From contig NZ_DATESC010000008.1 in NCBI RefSeq assembly GCF_035271045.1, positions 36,044 to 100,043 on the forward strand: 64,000 nt of DNA, given 5' to 3'. The translations under genes were made by a program, and so were the position numbers. This document shows positions 31,224 to 44,051 of this stretch, piece by piece (within the stretch, counting starts at the first letter, position 1; each line of letters begins with the position of its first letter). This stretch comes from Marinospirillum sp. Its GTDB lineage: Bacteria; Pseudomonadota; Gammaproteobacteria; Pseudomonadales; Halomonadaceae. The notes under the pieces are model-generated. The model was not told the origin of the DNA. It did no database searches and saw only the letters and a program-made list of their open reading frames with translations.

Positions 31224-32591
31224 CTATTCAACAGCCGTGTGTTTTAATTGCAGCAATACCTGTGCCAGTGTAAAAAAAGAACCCATAACCAACACTTCAT
31301 CATAATCGACTTGCAACGCTTGTTGAGCCGTAGAAAAAGCTAAATCACCTTGGTCATTTAAGTCTGTCACCATCACTTGAGCACCCAGCGATTCTAATAA
31401 AGCCGCTAGTTTGTCGGCTTTAGCGGCACGCGATAAAGGTAAGCTAGTCACTATCCAAGCATCCACCCAAGGCAGCAAGGGTAACAAGGTGGCGTGTATA
31501 TCTTTATCAGCCATCATTCCCACTAATGCTAAACGTTTTTTCTTACCTTGTTCAGCTAATCTAGCGGCTAAGTAACTGGCTGCTTCGGGGTTATGTGCCA
31601 CATCTAATAACCACTGCCCTTCTCGCTGCATACGTCCGGTTAAACGGGCAGTTGCCAACCCATTTTTAATCGCCTGTTCTGTTAAGTTAGGGCACACCAG
31701 CAGCAAAGCTTGAATCGCTGTTGCAGCATTATCAGGGGGCAAAGGGTTACTGGGTAAATCAGAGAAGTAAACAGAGGTTTGTTCTTCAACGCCTAAATTA
31801 ATCGTCGCACCAATGCCCTGCCAAGCCCAGTTACCTTCTGTATTGACAGTGCGTTGAAAGGCTTCCCATAATTGAAAAACTTGGCAATCTAAAGCTTCTG
31901 CAGCCAAGTAAACGCTATTGGGCAAGTTTAGACTACCCAATACCACTGGACGACTTTTACGAAAAATACCCGCTTTTTCTTGACCAATAATGTTTAAATC
32001 AGCACCCAAATAATTCATATGGTCTTGTGCCACAGTGACTAACACCGCCACGTCAGCATCCACGATATTTACGGCATCTAAGCGCCCACCTAAACCCACT
32101 TCTAAAAGCCATAAATCAACAGCAGCGTCTTGAAAAATCAACAAACCGGCTAAGGTAGCAAATTCAAAATAGCTTAAAGAAATCGGTTCTGCAGCCGGTG
32201 TTACACGCGCAGTTTCAATACGCAAAAAAGCAGTGGTCAGCGTGGTATCACTGACCGGCTGACCATTGAGCTTAATGCGCTCGTTAAAATGTAAAAAATG
32301 TGGCGAAGTGTAACTGCCGACCGTTAAACCTTGAGCAAGCGCCATAGATTCGGTGAGTGCCAGCGTCGAGCCTTTACCATTTGTGCCAGAAAAAGTGATA
32401 ACTTTAGATAAGCCTTGCTGACGCGCTTCAAACAATAAAGGCAGTTTTAAGCGTTGCGCCACTGCCCTTACTCTTGCTAAACCTAAATCTATTTCACAAG
32501 GATGCAGATTTTCTAAATGTTTAAGCCAAGCTGCTAAGCTAGTTGATGAATCTAACGCTAAAGAAGCGCTTGGTGATAAATTAACAGTCAC
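31224..32591 (-). CDS. folC: Dihydrofolate synthase / folylpolyglutamate synthase
   Basis: GTNGKGST, YTSPH, LEVGLGGRLDAVN, DVAHNP, GSF. Confidence 0.93.
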   Translation of the reverse strand: MTVNLSPSASLALDSSTSLAAWLKHLENLHPCEIDLGLARVRAVAQRLKLPLLFEARQQGLSKVITFSGTNGKGSTLALTESMALAQGLTVGSYTSPHFLHFNERIKLNGQPVSDTTLTTAFLRIETARVTPAAEPISLSYFEFATLAGLLIFQDAAVDLWLLEVGLGGRLDAVNIVDADVAVLVTVAQDHMNYLGADLNIIGQEKAGIFRKSRPVVLGSLNLPNSVYLAAEALDCQVFQLWEAFQRTVNTEGNWAWQGIGATINLGVEEQTSVYFSDLPSNPLPPDNAATAIQALLLVCPNLTEQAIKNGLATARLTGRMQREGQWLLDVAHNPEAASYLAARLAEQGKKKRLALVGMMADKDIHATLLPLLPWVDAWIVTSLPLSRAAKADKLAALLESLGAQVMVTDLNDQGDLAFSTAQQALQVDYDEVLVMGSFFTLAQVLLQLKHTAVE

Positions 32592-32598
32592 GAGGCGA

Positions 32599-33465
32599 TC
32601 AACAAAAAGCAGGTTGTTGCGTCATTTTACGCAGCAAACCACCCAGTTTTGAAGGCAATTCACGGCGATGAATAATCATATCCACCGTACCGTGTGCTAA
32701 CAAAAATTCGGCGCGTTGAAAGCCTTCAGGGAGTTTTTCTCTTACGGTTTGCTCAATAACACGCGGGCCTGCAAAACCACAAAGTGCGAAAGGTTCAGAG
32801 ACATTCAAATCACCCAGCATGGCTAAAGAAGCAGAAACACCACCATAAACCGGGTCGGTTAATACTGAAATGTAAGGTACGCCTGCTTGTTTAAGGCGCT
32901 CTAATGCCGCCGACGTTTTTGCCATTTGCATCAGCGAAAAAAGCGCTTCTTGCATTCGCGCACCACCTGAAGCAGAAAAGCAAATCAAAGGAATACGCTC
33001 TTTTAAAGCCAGTTCAGCAGCGCGAACAAATTTTTCGCCAACCACAGAACCCATCGAGCCACCCATAAAATTAAACTCAAAAGCAACCGCAACAACAGAC
33101 AAGCCGTCTAATTCACCCAACATAGCGATTAGCGCATCTTTTTCACCCGTTGCACGCTGAGCCGCGGTTAAGCGGTCTTTATACTTTTTAGAGTCACGAA
33201 ATTTTAAACGGTCGACAGGTTCCAAATCACCAAATAATTCACTAGCGGTATTGGTATCTAAGAAGCCTTCTAAACGCTTACGCGCAGAGATACGCATATG
33301 ATGATCGCACTTAGGGCAAACGTGCTGATTTTTTTCTAATTCAGGGCGGTAAATGGCTGAAGCACACTTAGGGCAATTACGCCATAAGCCTTCAGGCACG
33401 CTAGCCTTGCGATCATTGGCTTCAGAACGGATGATGGATGGAACAATGCGATTTAACCAGCTCAT
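32599..33465 (-). CDS. accD: Acetyl-CoA carboxylase carboxyltransferase beta subunit
   Basis: CPKC...CPKC zinc finger, [25 protein letters not shown]. Confidence 0.96.
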   Translation of the reverse strand: MSWLNRIVPSIIRSEANDRKASVPEGLWRNCPKCASAIYRPELEKNQHVCPKCDHHMRISARKRLEGFLDTNTASELFGDLEPVDRLKFRDSKKYKDRLTAAQRATGEKDALIAMLGELDGLSVVAVAFEFNFMGGSMGSVVGEKFVRAAELALKERIPLICFSASGGARMQEALFSLMQMAKTSAALERLKQAGVPYISVLTDPVYGGVSASLAMLGDLNVSEPFALCGFAGPRVIEQTVREKLPEGFQRAEFLLAHGTVDMIIHRRELPSKLGGLLRKMTQQPAFC

Positions 33466-33487
33466 AATAAACTCTATAACCTAAATT

Positions 33488-34300
33488 TTATTTGGGTAAT
33501 TGATCTAATGCTTGGCGCATTTCACTTAGTATTTTCGCCATAGCGGGCGCAATTTTTTCAGGCGTGTCGGCTAATTCAGCTACTTTGCTAACCAAGGCAC
33601 TGCCCACAATAACACCGTCAGACACAGCACCTAAAGCAGCAGCCGTTGCACCATCACGAATACCAAAACCTACCGCAATAGGTAGTTCGGTAATACCCGC
33701 AAACTCATTTAAGCGTTCAGCCACTGCATCCACATCTAAAGTTGCAGAACCTGTAACGCCTTTGATGGATACATAATATAGGTAACCGGTGGTTGCCGCA
33801 CAGATTTTTTTAGCCCGCTCAAGGGTGGTCGTCGGTGCTAGCAAAAAGATAGAATCCATTTGCTGAGCCGTTAATAACGCAGAAAATTCAACGGCTTCTT
33901 CGGGTGGTAAGTCAACCACCAGCACGCCGTCTAACCCAACTTTAGCCGCAGCATCTACAAACGTTGCATAGCCCAGCACTTCAATGGGATTTAAATAACC
34001 CATTAAAACAACGGGCGTGGTGTCGTTAGTTTTACGAAACTCAGCAACCATGCCTAGCACATCCACTAAACGTGTACCGTGCAATAAAGCCCTTTCACAG
34101 GCTTTTTGAATCACAGGGCCATCGGCCATCGGGTCTGAAAAAGGCACACCCAGTTCAATAATATCGGCACCAGCTTCAACCAAGGCGTGCATATAACCCA
34201 AGGTTGCATCTGGCTTAGGATCACCCGCAGTAATAAAAGGAATTAACGCCTTGCGTCCTTGCTGCTTTAAGTTAGCAAAGGTAGTTTTAATACGGCTCAT
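33488..34300 (-). CDS. trpA: Tryptophan synthase alpha subunit
   Basis: [34 protein letters not shown]; start ATG 34300. Confidence 0.96.
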   Translation of the reverse strand: MSRIKTTFANLKQQGRKALIPFITAGDPKPDATLGYMHALVEAGADIIELGVPFSDPMADGPVIQKACERALLHGTRLVDVLGMVAEFRKTNDTTPVVLMGYLNPIEVLGYATFVDAAAKVGLDGVLVVDLPPEEAVEFSALLTAQQMDSIFLLAPTTTLERAKKICAATTGYLYYVSIKGVTGSATLDVDAVAERLNEFAGITELPIAVGFGIRDGATAAALGAVSDGVIVGSALVSKVAELADTPEKIAPAMAKILSEMRQALDQLPK

Positions 34301-34321
34301 GCTTTTCTCCATCAGACGCAG

Positions 34322-35533
34322 TTATAGGGTGATCCCTTGCATTTTAGCAACGGTCATAATGTCTTTATCGCCACGGCCCGACAAATTAACGATTAGGTGT
34401 TTGTCTGTGCCTAAGGTGGGCGCTAAACGCTTAGCAAAGGCTAAAGCATGGCTAGATTCTAAGGCCGGAATAATGCCTTCAAAAGAACACAAATCACCAA
34501 AAGCGTCCATCACTTCATCATCGGTAGCTATTTCATACTTAACACGGCCAACATCTTTTAAATAAGCGTGTTCAGGGCCGACACCTGGGTAATCTAAACC
34601 CGCAGAAATAGAGTGAGTTGGGGTAATCTGCCCAGCATCGTCTTCCATTAAATAAGTACGATTACCGTGTAAAACTCCAGGACGACCGGCATTTAAAGGC
34701 GCAGCATGACGACCCGAAGCGATACCTTCACCGCCCGCTTCAACGCCATACATTTCAACCTCATCATCGGTAATAAATGGATGAAATAAACCCAAAGCGT
34801 TAGAACCGCCACCAATGCAAGCAATTAATGCATCGGGTAAACGACCAATCTGTTTTAGTGATTGTTCACGCGCTTCACGCCCAGCCACTGCGTTAAAATC
34901 ACGCACTAACATGGGGTAAGGGTGCGGGCCTGCAACCGTACCAATAATATAAAAGGTGTCGTCAACGTTAGTTACCCAGTCGCGCATGGCTTCATTCATG
35001 GCATCTTTTAGTGTTTTAGAGCCAGATTCTACCGCAAAAACTTCAGCACCTAATAACTTCATACGGTAAACATTAGGGGCTTGGCGCTGTACGTCTTCTG
35101 CACCCATATAAATTTGGCATTTTAAACCTAAACGTGCTGCAACAGTGGCTGTGGCAACGCCGTGTTGACCTGCGCCGGTTTCGGCAATAATGCGTTTTTT
35201 GCCAGAATACTTAGCCAATAAAGCTTGACCAACGGTATTATTAACCTTGTGTGCGCCAGTGTGATTCAAGTCTTCACGCTTTAGCCAAATTTGTGCGCCA
35301 CCTAAATGCTTAGACCAACGCTCAGCGTGGTAAAGCGGCGAAGGACGACCCACATACTGTGCTAGATCTTTGTCAAATTCGGCCTGAAAGGCTGGGTCAG
35401 CACTTAAACGAGCATACTGCTCTTCTAGCTGTTCCAAAGCATAGCTCAGGGTTTCTGATACAAAACGACCACCATAAGGACCAAAATGGCCTTTCGCATC
35501 GGGCAAGTTTAGCAAATCAGCATATTTGGACAC
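34322..35533 (-). CDS. trpB: Tryptophan synthase beta subunit
   Basis: [48 protein letters not shown]. Confidence 0.97.
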   Translation of the reverse strand: MSKYADLLNLPDAKGHFGPYGGRFVSETLSYALEQLEEQYARLSADPAFQAEFDKDLAQYVGRPSPLYHAERWSKHLGGAQIWLKREDLNHTGAHKVNNTVGQALLAKYSGKKRIIAETGAGQHGVATATVAARLGLKCQIYMGAEDVQRQAPNVYRMKLLGAEVFAVESGSKTLKDAMNEAMRDWVTNVDDTFYIIGTVAGPHPYPMLVRDFNAVAGREAREQSLKQIGRLPDALIACIGGGSNALGLFHPFITDDEVEMYGVEAGGEGIASGRHAAPLNAGRPGVLHGNRTYLMEDDAGQITPTHSISAGLDYPGVGPEHAYLKDVGRVKYEIATDDEVMDAFGDLCSFEGIIPALESSHALAFAKRLAPTLGTDKHLIVNLSGRGDKDIMTVAKMQGITL

Positions 35534-35544
35534 ACTTTATCCCC

Positions 35545-36165
35545 TTAACTTCTAACCGCCTTAATAAAGGCATGAATTTTTATCGGGCATTTTATACCTC
35601 GACTGCTTTCAACTCCACCAGAAACATCCACTGCATAAGGCTGAGTGATCCGAATGGCTTCAGCAACATTATCTGGTGTTAAACCACCAGCAAGAATCCA
35701 GCTAGGTGATTCACTGGCTGGAAAGCGTTGCCAATCAAACACTTCACCCGTACCACCAGGAGTGCCCGGTGTGTAAGCATCAAGCAAAAAACCTCTGGCG
35801 CTGGGCCAACCTGCTGCTGCCTGTTCAGGATCAAAATCAGGTTTCATTCGCAGTGCTTTTATATAAGGCCGACCAAAGCTTTGGCAAAAAGCTTCAGTTT
35901 CATCGCCATGAAACTGTAATAAATCGAGCGGCACTTGTTCAAGTACAGCGTCTACCCAAGCGGGTTCAGGGTCAACAAATAAGCCAACCATCATCACAAA
36001 AGGGGGTAGCTGTTGAATAATTTTGGCGGCTTGTTCAGGTGCAATGGCTCTTGGGCTGGGTGGATAAAAAACAAATCCTAGGGCATCTGCACCCGCTTTA
36101 ACAGCAGTTAAAGCATCATCGACTTGCGTTAAACCACACACTTTAATACGCACGCTAATCAGCAT
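35545..36165 (-). CDS. trpF: Phosphoribosylanthranilate isomerase
   Basis: [39 protein letters not shown]; exact start uncertain (ATG 36165 or GTG 36153). Confidence 0.93.
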   Translation of the reverse strand: MLISVRIKVCGLTQVDDALTAVKAGADALGFVFYPPSPRAIAPEQAAKIIQQLPPFVMMVGLFVDPEPAWVDAVLEQVPLDLLQFHGDETEAFCQSFGRPYIKALRMKPDFDPEQAAAGWPSARGFLLDAYTPGTPGGTGEVFDWQRFPASESPSWILAGGLTPDNVAEAIRITQPYAVDVSGGVESSRGIKCPIKIHAFIKAVRS

Positions 36166-37105
36166 CCTTTTGCAAAGATGTAATTTTCTGCTGAGAACGG
36201 GTTAAATCACTGCGATACCATTCAGGCAAAAATTCTGGATAAGGATCATCGAGGTGTTCATCCGCTAGCAGATGCATAAAATGTGGCCCAAGTGGTTCTA
36301 GTGGTAAATTAAAGCGCTCTGGATAATGTGCTGCTACTAAATACAAACCTTCTGCGGGTGCTGTTATACCCGCTACAGCGCGTTGCTTTGCTTCTAGCAG
36401 TTCGGTTAACCATTCAACAGGGCGCTGCCCCTCACCCACGTCCATTAAAGCACCGGCAATATTACGCACCATGTGGTGTAAAAAAGCATTGGCTTGAATG
36501 TCTATAACAATTAACTGACCACGGCGATACACGCGAATAAAGTGCAGGTGTCGCCAAGGTGTGGATGACTGACAGCGTACCGAACGAAATGCCGAAAAAT
36601 CTTTTTCACCCACTAACAATTGTGCTGCCTGATGCATTTTATCAGCATCTAAAGGTTTCGTGTGCCAAGTTAGCTGATCGTGCATTTGGGCAAAAGGCAC
36701 GCTGCTGTTATAAATCACATAACGGTAACGCCTAGCTAACGCAGAGTGACGCGCATGAAAATTATCAACAACAGGCTGTGACCAACGAATACGAATATCG
36801 GGCGGCAGGTTATTATTAGTACCTAACACCCAAGCTCGACTTGGGCGAGCAACAGCCGTATCAAAATGAACCACCTGACAACAAGCATGAACCTCTGCAT
36901 CGGTTCGACCAGCGCAGTGAACTGTAATCGGCTCTAAAGCTATTTTTTGTAAGGCTTTTTCAACCAAAGGTTGAATGCTAGGTACACCCGTGTGCTGCGC
37001 TTGCCAACCACGATAATTACTGCCCAAGTACTCCACACCCAAGGCAATGCGCCCTGATGCAGCATCATCAATAGCAAATAAAGTAAAAGGATCAGACAAA
37101 GGCAT
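36155..37105 (-). CDS. truA: tRNA pseudouridine(38-40) synthase
   Basis: [46 protein letters not shown]. Confidence 0.94.
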   Translation of the reverse strand: MPLSDPFTLFAIDDAASGRIALGVEYLGSNYRGWQAQHTGVPSIQPLVEKALQKIALEPITVHCAGRTDAEVHACCQVVHFDTAVARPSRAWVLGTNNNLPPDIRIRWSQPVVDNFHARHSALARRYRYVIYNSSVPFAQMHDQLTWHTKPLDADKMHQAAQLLVGEKDFSAFRSVRCQSSTPWRHLHFIRVYRRGQLIVIDIQANAFLHHMVRNIAGALMDVGEGQRPVEWLTELLEAKQRAVAGITAPAEGLYLVAAHYPERFNLPLEPLGPHFMHLLADEHLDDPYPEFLPEWYRSDLTRSQQKITSLQKDAD

Positions 37106-37106
37106 A

Positions 37107-39467
37107 TTAATCAGATAAAACCTCTAGCATTTGCTGAGCCGTTGCTCTGCTATCAGCATCCCCTTGCTCAATGACTTTTTCTAAAATTTCTCTAGCGCCT
37201 TCTTGATCGCCCATTTCAATGTAAGCCGTTGCTAAATCTAGTTGCGTCGTTAAATCATTCTCAAAACTACTTAACTCTACATTACCTAAATCGCTTAAAT
37301 CATTTAAACCACTAAAACCACCCAAATCATCTAAATCGGCTAGGTCATCTAAATCAGTTAAGTCGCTTAAATCATCCGTACCAGATGACTCTGGTGAATG
37401 TTCACTAAAAGCTTTTAACTCAGCTAAATTTTCATTTAAAGCCGCTAATTCTTCATCAATGCTTTGCGTATTATAAATATCTTTTGATTCATTAGCCGCT
37501 GTTGGTTCTGGCTCACTATCAAGATCAAGGTTATCTAAAGCCTGCATAAAATCATTCGCATCTGAATTATAATTAACAGGTTCAAAATTAGCAGAGGAAT
37601 CGTTTTGGTCAGTTAACTCGTTAGCATCCAGTGGTTTTTCTAAATCTAAATCCGATTCCAAATCTAAATCTAAATCTAAACGCATAATATCAGAAGGATC
37701 AAGCTCTTCTAAATCAAAGCCATTGTTTTCTATTGGTTCATCTACGCTAGGCTGTAAAGGCGGCTTGCTAGCAATCAACTGATCTAACTCAGCTTCTAAA
37801 GGCTCTATCTCTGTTAAGTCATCTAAAGAATTATCTACATAAGCATCAAAACTTTCTAAATCAACAAAGGGTTCTTTATCTAAATTCAAATCACCTAAAT
37901 CCATTTCATTTACCTCGTCCATTTCATTTACCTCGTCCATAGACCCAAAATTCATTGTTGCTAGGTCTAGGTCATTAAAATCTTCTTCATTCGCCTCCGC
38001 CTTAGACTGCTCGCTGACAACGTTAGCGGCGACAAAAAATGACGCTAATTCTTTAGCCCGTTCTAAAGCAGTAGTCGATGCTTGATTTTCTGCTAACTGC
38101 TGCTGCTGTTGACGAAAGGTTTCTTCATCGTTTAACTCAACCAATACTTCTAACAGTTTGAGGCGTAAATCTTCACGATCAGGTTCGTTAACTAAAGCTG
38201 TTTGTAAAAAACCTGCCGCTTGCTCTAAACGCCCATAAGCAATGAACGTTTCAGCTTCTTGTAGTGCATCACGCTCAGCAGGTGGCTGAAGTGGTGGCTG
38301 AAGTGGTGGCTGAAGTGGTTGAGCTTCGGATTCTTCGTCAAAATTACTCAATTCGTCTTCTAGGGAGTCCAAGTTAAAATTAGTATCCAGCGCAACAACC
38401 TCTAAATCATTCACAGGCTCAACAGGCTCAGCAGCCGTTGCATTAACTTGATCTATCACAGGGCTAGCTGAATCAGTAGGCGTAACGGGGGCAACAGCAG
38501 GGCTAGGTTTATTAGCTGCTTTTAATTTTTTACGTGTTGAAATAAGCGCCCATAACAAACCCAACAACAATAAAACCGAACCACCTAGCGCCGTATAAAG
38601 CACCGATTGATTTTTAATTTGGCTAGCTAAATCATCAGGTACAGGTACTTTAGGCATAATAACGGGGCTAATGCGGGGTTCAGTTTGTCCTAAGACCAGT
38701 TGTTTTTCCATGTCAGTTAGCTGCTGATCTTTCAATTGAATCAATTGCTGCAAGGTGCTGACTTGCTGTTGCATATTAGAAATGCGTTCAGCTAATTCAT
38801 CTTTTTCACGTTCAGCAATTTGTAAATTTTCTTCACTGCTGGCTAAGTCATTTTGTAATTGATTAATGCGTTGTTGCTGCGCGGCGCTGATTTTATTAGC
38901 TTCATCAGCCTTAGCTGCTTCATTAGTATTGGGTGCCACTAAGGTTAAATCACGCAATTCTGGTTCTGGTGCTGCGGGTTTAGATTGGTCAGCTACACTA
39001 GGCGCTTTAGGTTTAACAAGTGGCGTTTTAATAACCGGAGCGGGTGCTGTTCGGCTTGCTACCCACGCTTGATTTTGGCGACGTACTTCTTGCTCTGCTT
39101 CCATCGCGCTACGGCGAGTCATGGCTTGCGTAGAAGGAATAATGATAGGATTGCCGATTTCCATTTCATTAATATTACCCGAAGGAAAGGCTTTAGCATT
39201 GGCATCACGTATGGCAAGCATTGCTTGTTTAATGGTGACATTATTATTGGGCCTATTGGTACGTGCAATGCTCCACAAAGTATCTTTAGATCCAATTTTT
39301 ACTGTGCGCTGACGATTAGGCGTAGCCGTTGTAGAGGCGAAAGCAGTACGCAATTCTTCCTTGCTTAGTGCAACCGAGTCAGAAGTCGCATATAAAGGCA
39401 CAGCCACTAAACCTGCTGTTAACCCGACCAGCAACCAAGATCGAACACCGTTCAACTTACTTTGCAT
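37107..39467 (-). CDS. fimV: FimV/HubP-family polar landmark protein
   Basis: Signal peptide, LysM-like (DTLWSIA...N..AF..GNIN), coiled coil, TM, TPR (FIAYGR), acidic low-complexity region, C-terminal QLDLATAYIEMGDQEGAREILEKV; between asd and truA. Confidence 0.9.
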   Translation of the reverse strand: MQSKLNGVRSWLLVGLTAGLVAVPLYATSDSVALSKEELRTAFASTTATPNRQRTVKIGSKDTLWSIARTNRPNNNVTIKQAMLAIRDANAKAFPSGNINEMEIGNPIIIPSTQAMTRRSAMEAEQEVRRQNQAWVASRTAPAPVIKTPLVKPKAPSVADQSKPAAPEPELRDLTLVAPNTNEAAKADEANKISAAQQQRINQLQNDLASSEENLQIAEREKDELAERISNMQQQVSTLQQLIQLKDQQLTDMEKQLVLGQTEPRISPVIMPKVPVPDDLASQIKNQSVLYTALGGSVLLLLGLLWALISTRKKLKAANKPSPAVAPVTPTDSASPVIDQVNATAAEPVEPVNDLEVVALDTNFNLDSLEDELSNFDEESEAQPLQPPLQPPLQPPAERDALQEAETFIAYGRLEQAAGFLQTALVNEPDREDLRLKLLEVLVELNDEETFRQQQQQLAENQASTTALERAKELASFFVAANVVSEQSKAEANEEDFNDLDLATMNFGSMDEVNEMDEVNEMDLGDLNLDKEPFVDLESFDAYVDNSLDDLTEIEPLEAELDQLIASKPPLQPSVDEPIENNGFDLEELDPSDIMRLDLDLDLESDLDLEKPLDANELTDQNDSSANFEPVNYNSDANDFMQALDNLDLDSEPEPTAANESKDIYNTQSIDEELAALNENLAELKAFSEHSPESSGTDDLSDLTDLDDLADLDDLGGFSGLNDLSDLGNVELSSFENDLTTQLDLATAYIEMGDQEGAREILEKVIEQGDADSRATAQQMLEVLSD
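37901..37940. repeat. In-frame 18-bp tandem repeat in fimV (DEVNEM x2)
   Basis: CCATTTCATTTACCTCGT at 37901-37918 and 37919-37936, plus CCAT. Confidence 0.9.
38281..38318. repeat. In-frame 12-bp tandem repeat in fimV (LQPP x3)
   Basis: GGTGGCTGAAGT three times from 38281. Confidence 0.9.
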
Positions 39468-39583
39468 AAACCCTGCCTCATACCTTGTATAACCCAGCGA
39501 AGCGTAGAAAAAACCATTTCTTCTACAAATTTTATTAAGTAAGCGTTTTTAACAGCTTTTACGCGCTTTGTCATCGCTGATTT

Positions 39584-39612
39584 AAAAAAACGGCAGCCAA
39601 AGCTGCCGCTTT
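39584..39612 (-). terminator. Intrinsic terminator after asd
   Basis: CGGCAGC-caaa-GCTGCCG (39591-39608) followed on the minus strand by T7. Confidence 0.8.
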
Positions 39613-39629
39613 GTGTACTTATTACTATT

Positions 39630-40736
39630 TTAACGCTCTAAAAGAATGCGTAACATTCTTCTTAACGGTTCTGCAGCACCCCATAACAACTGGTCGCCCA
39701 CAGAAAATGCCGATAGGTACTGAGATCCCATGTTCATTTTGCGTAAACGACCGACTGGAACAGATAAAGTTCCGGTAACTGCGGTTGGGCCTAGGTCACG
39801 AATCGACGCTTCACGTTCGTTAGGCACTACTTTTACCCAGTCATTATGCGCTGCTAGCAGGCCATGAATTTCATCCATAGGCACATCTTGCTTTAACTTA
39901 ATGGTAAAGGCTTGGCTATGGCAACGCATCGCACCAATACGCACACAAAGGCCATCAATAGGAATAGGATTGTTGGCCAAACCTAAAATTTTATTGGTTT
40001 CGGCATGGCCTTTCCATTCTTCACGGCTTTGTAAGTTATCTAGCTGAGTGTCTATGTAAGGAATTAAGCTTCCCGCCAAAGGCATTCCAAACTTATCGGT
40101 TGGGAAGTCTGGCGAACGCATCGCCGCAGCAACTTTACGGTCGATATCTAAAATAGCTGAAGCTGGGTCTGCCAATTCACTAGCCACTGAATCACGCAAA
40201 GCGCCCATTTGGTTCAGCAATTCACGCATATTTTGTGCGCCAGCGCCAGAAGCTGCTTGATAAGTCATGGAGGTCATCCATTCAATCAAGCCTTTATCAA
40301 ACAAACCACCCAGACTCATAAGCATTAAACTAACTGTACAGTTACCGCCAACAAAGGTTTTTATGCCTTTTTGTAAACCTGCATCAATGACCTTACGATT
40401 CACTGGGTCTAGCACAACAATGCTGTCGTCTGCCATACGCAAGCTAGAAGCTGCGTCTATCCAATAGCCTTTCCAGCCCGCCGCACGTAAAGGACCATAC
40501 ACTTCAGTGGTGTAATCACCACCTTGGCAAGTCAAAATAACGTCTAACTTTTTAAGCGCGTCTAAATCAGTAGCGCTTTGCAATGGCTGACCATTTGGGC
40601 CCGCTTTACCTGCCTGAGAGGTTGTAAAATAAACCGCCTCAATCAAGTCAAAATCATTTTCTTCCTGCATCCGCTGCATAAGTACCGAACCGACCATCCC
40701 GCGCCAGCCAACTAAACCTACCGTGAGTTTACGCAT
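39630..40736 (-). CDS. asd: Aspartate-semialdehyde dehydrogenase
   Basis: [50 protein letters not shown]. Confidence 0.97.
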   Translation of the reverse strand: MRKLTVGLVGWRGMVGSVLMQRMQEENDFDLIEAVYFTTSQAGKAGPNGQPLQSATDLDALKKLDVILTCQGGDYTTEVYGPLRAAGWKGYWIDAASSLRMADDSIVVLDPVNRKVIDAGLQKGIKTFVGGNCTVSLMLMSLGGLFDKGLIEWMTSMTYQAASGAGAQNMRELLNQMGALRDSVASELADPASAILDIDRKVAAAMRSPDFPTDKFGMPLAGSLIPYIDTQLDNLQSREEWKGHAETNKILGLANNPIPIDGLCVRIGAMRCHSQAFTIKLKQDVPMDEIHGLLAAHNDWVKVVPNEREASIRDLGPTAVTGTLSVPVGRLRKMNMGSQYLSAFSVGDQLLWGAAEPLRRMLRILLER

Positions 40737-40760
40737 AGTATCCTCTTATTTAAGTGCTTT

Positions 40761-41849
40761 TTATTTAAGTACTTTTAAAGCTTTAACAACAGCAGCACCC
40801 ATTTCGGCTGTGCCCACTTTAGTCATACCATTCGATAGTATATCAGCAGTACGCAAACCTTGATCTAACACATCGCTAACAGCTTGCTCGATTTTATCGG
40901 CAACATCACTATGATCAAATGAGTAGCGTAGCATCATGGCCACCGATAAAATACACGCCAAGGGGTTAGCCATATCTTTACCAGCAATATCCGGCGCTGA
41001 GCCGTGGCAAGGCTCGTACATACCTTTAGCATTTTCATCTAAAGATGCGGAAGGCAACATACCGATAGAACCGGTTAGCATGGCCGCTGCATCCGATAAA
41101 ATATCACCAAACATATTACCAGTAACCATCACATCAAATTGTTTAGGCGCACGTACTAGCTGCATGGCCGCGTTATCAACGTACATGTGCGACAGTTCAA
41201 CATCTGGGTAGTCTTTAGCCACTTCTTCCATCACATCACGCCATAGCATGGTCACTTCTAGCACGTTGGCTTTATCGACCGAACATAAACGCTTGTTACG
41301 TTTACGTGCCATTTCAAAAGCAACTCTGGCAATGCGGCGAATTTCACTTTCTGAATAAACGTAAGTGTTAAAACCTTCTTTTTCGCCATTTTCTAAGGTA
41401 CGAATACCCCGTGGCTGACCAAAGTAAATGCCACCGGTTAGCTCACGTACTATCATAATATCTAAACCTGAAACCACTTCAGGCTTAAGGCTAGAAGCAT
41501 CGGCTAGCTGAGGGTAAAGCAGGGCTGGGCGAAGGTTTCCAAACAAGGCTAATTCTTTACGAATACCGAGCAAGCCACGCTCTGGGCGCAGACTAATATC
41601 GGGCAATTTATCCCACTTAGGGCCGCCCACAGCGCCTAGTAAAATAGCATCGGCGGCTTGTGCTTTAGCCAAAGTTTCAGGCGGCAAAGGATGACCGGCT
41701 GCATCATAAGCAGAACCGCCCACCAAGCCTTCTTCCCAGCTAATATCAACACCAAAATCATCACGGCAAATTTCCATTACTTTTACCGCTTGGGCAGTAA
41801 TTTCAGGGCCAATACCATCACCCGGTAACACTAGAATATGTTTAGTCAT
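40761..41849 (-). CDS. leuB: 3-isopropylmalate dehydrogenase
   Basis: [45 protein letters not shown]. Confidence 0.97.
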   Translation of the reverse strand: MTKHILVLPGDGIGPEITAQAVKVMEICRDDFGVDISWEEGLVGGSAYDAAGHPLPPETLAKAQAADAILLGAVGGPKWDKLPDISLRPERGLLGIRKELALFGNLRPALLYPQLADASSLKPEVVSGLDIMIVRELTGGIYFGQPRGIRTLENGEKEGFNTYVYSESEIRRIARVAFEMARKRNKRLCSVDKANVLEVTMLWRDVMEEVAKDYPDVELSHMYVDNAAMQLVRAPKQFDVMVTGNMFGDILSDAAAMLTGSIGMLPSASLDENAKGMYEPCHGSAPDIAGKDMANPLACILSVAMMLRYSFDHSDVADKIEQAVSDVLDQGLRTADILSNGMTKVGTAEMGAAVVKALKVLK

Positions 41850-41870
41850 TACAATTCTCTTTCAATAAAT

Positions 41871-42509
41871 TTAGGCAAAAATCCACGGGGTTACTTTAGC
41901 GCGTGCTTCTTCATAAGCTTTGATGTCGACTGCATCTTTTAGCGTTAAGCCGATATCGTCTAAGCCTTCAATTAAGCAATGCTTACGGAACTGATCCATT
42001 TCAAAACTTAATACTTCACCGCTTGGCGTAGTCACTGTTTGCGCTGGTAAATCGACTAATAAACGGTAGCCTTCTGTGGCTTCTACTTCGTTAAACAGGC
42101 GATCAATCGTGGCATCGTCTAGCTGAATTAACAGCAGGCCATTTTTGGGTGCGTTATTAAAGAAAATATCTGCAAAGCTGGGTGCAATAATGGCGCGAAA
42201 GCCGTAATCAACCAATGCCCAAGGTGCGTGCTCGCGTGACGAACCACAACCAAAGTTAGCACGAGATAACAGCACTTCACTGTTTTTAAAACGTGGCTGA
42301 TTCAGTACAAAGTCTTTATTCAAGGGGCGATTGCTTGCATCTTGCCCGGGAAAGCCTTCGTCTAAATAACGCAGCTCATCAAACAAGTTAGGGCCAAAGC
42401 CAGTGCGCTTGATGGATTTTAAAAACTGCTTAGGAATAATCAGGTCAGTATCCACGTTGGCTCTATCTAAAGGCGCAACCAAACCATTTAATTGGGTAAA
42501 CTTTTCCAT
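41871..42509 (-). CDS. leuD: 3-isopropylmalate dehydratase small subunit
   Basis: [34 protein letters not shown]; start ATG 42509. Confidence 0.96.
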   Translation of the reverse strand: MEKFTQLNGLVAPLDRANVDTDLIIPKQFLKSIKRTGFGPNLFDELRYLDEGFPGQDASNRPLNKDFVLNQPRFKNSEVLLSRANFGCGSSREHAPWALVDYGFRAIIAPSFADIFFNNAPKNGLLLIQLDDATIDRLFNEVEATEGYRLLVDLPAQTVTTPSGEVLSFEMDQFRKHCLIEGLDDIGLTLKDAVDIKAYEEARAKVTPWIFA

Positions 42510-42511
42510 TC

Positions 42512-43930
42512 TTAACTCCACTCACGAACGTCAACAAAATGACCGGCAATTGCCGCTGCTGCTGCCATCGCTGGGCTTACTAAGTGGGTACGACCACCAT
42601 AGCCTTGGCGACTTTCAAAGTTACGATTAGAAGTCGAAGCACAATGCTCACCCTGACCTAACTTATCGGCATTCATCGCTAAACACATAGAGCAACCCGG
42701 CTCACGCCATTCAAAGCCCGCTTCAATAAAGATTTTATCTAAACCTTCTTCTTCGGCTTGCTTTTTAACCAAACCAGAACCCGGCACTACCAAAGCCTGC
42801 ATTAAAGTTGATGCAACTTTACGACCTTTAGCCACTTCAGCCGCAGCACGTAGGTCTTCAATGCGTGAGTTGGTGCAAGAACCAATAAAGACTCTATCGA
42901 GCTTAATATCAGTAATTGCTTGATTGGCTTTTAAACCCATGTATTTTAAAGCCGATTCCCAGCTTTTACGTAGATTCTCATCGCCAGCCTTAGCAGGGTC
43001 GGGTACACGACTATTCACTGAGCCGACCATTTCTGGCGAAGTACCCCAGCTTACTTGCGGCTCAATTTTGGCAGCATCTAACTTAACCACTTTATCGAAC
43101 TTGGCATCAGCATCAGAATGCAATGTTTTCCACCATTCAACCGCTAAATCCCAATCTTTACCCTTAGGTGCAAAAGGACGACCTTCAACGTAATCAATCG
43201 TGGTTTGGTCACAACCCACCAAGCCTACACGCGCACCGGCTTCAATCGCCATATTACAAATGGTCATACGGCCTTCCATTGACAGGTCGGCAATGGCAGA
43301 ACCGGCAAATTCCATGGCATAACCTGTACCACCCGCTGTACCAATTTCACCAATAATGGCCAGTACTATGTCTTTAGCGGTCACGCCCTTTTGCAACTCG
43401 CCATCTACCTGAATCAGTAGGTTTTTCATTTTGCGCTGAATTAAGCACTGGGTTGCTAAAACGTGTTCAACTTCTGACGTACCCACCCCGTGGGCTAACG
43501 CAGCAAATGCACCATGAGTTGCCGTGTGCGAATCACCACACACCAGCGTCATGCCGGGAAGTGTTGCACCTTGTTCTGGGCCAACGACGTGAACAATACC
43601 TTGGCGCAAATCGTTAATTTTAAATTCAGTAATACCAAAAGCTTCACAGTTATCATCCAAGGTTTGCACTTGAATACGTGACGTTTCATCTTCAATTCCA
43701 CTCACACCCTGCGCCCGCTCTTTAAGCGTTGTTGGCACGTTATGGTCTGGCGTGGCTAGGTTTGCCGATAAGCGCCAAGGTTGGCGGTTCGCTAAACGTA
43801 AGCCTTCAAAGGCTTGGGGTGAAGTCACTTCATGCAATAAATGACGGTCAATATAAATAAGCGCCGTACCATCATCACGCTGTTTAACTAGGTGGGCATC
43901 CCACAATTTGTCATATAGGGTTTGAGCCAT
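42512..43930 (-). CDS. leuC: 3-isopropylmalate dehydratase large subunit
   Basis: [44 protein letters not shown]. Confidence 0.97.
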   Translation of the reverse strand: MAQTLYDKLWDAHLVKQRDDGTALIYIDRHLLHEVTSPQAFEGLRLANRQPWRLSANLATPDHNVPTTLKERAQGVSGIEDETSRIQVQTLDDNCEAFGITEFKINDLRQGIVHVVGPEQGATLPGMTLVCGDSHTATHGAFAALAHGVGTSEVEHVLATQCLIQRKMKNLLIQVDGELQKGVTAKDIVLAIIGEIGTAGGTGYAMEFAGSAIADLSMEGRMTICNMAIEAGARVGLVGCDQTTIDYVEGRPFAPKGKDWDLAVEWWKTLHSDADAKFDKVVKLDAAKIEPQVSWGTSPEMVGSVNSRVPDPAKAGDENLRKSWESALKYMGLKANQAITDIKLDRVFIGSCTNSRIEDLRAAAEVAKGRKVASTLMQALVVPGSGLVKKQAEEEGLDKIFIEAGFEWREPGCSMCLAMNADKLGQGEHCASTSNRNFESRQGYGGRTHLVSPAMAAAAAIAGHFVDVREWS

Positions 43931-44051
43931 TTTTTTCTTCTCCTCAATGGGTAGCCTTTATTTAGGCTTGCTAACATCTTAATGGTTGGGCTTTAATAAA
44001 ACCAATTCATAGCATTCATATTAAGCATAACTTTTTGGAATACTAATTAAA

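Noticed and set aside
43931-44051. Leucine attenuator upstream of leuC
   Set aside because: No Leu-rich leader peptide or terminator/antiterminator pair; the divergent LysR gene and T-N11-A-like sequences suggest protein-mediated control, too weak to list as a feature.
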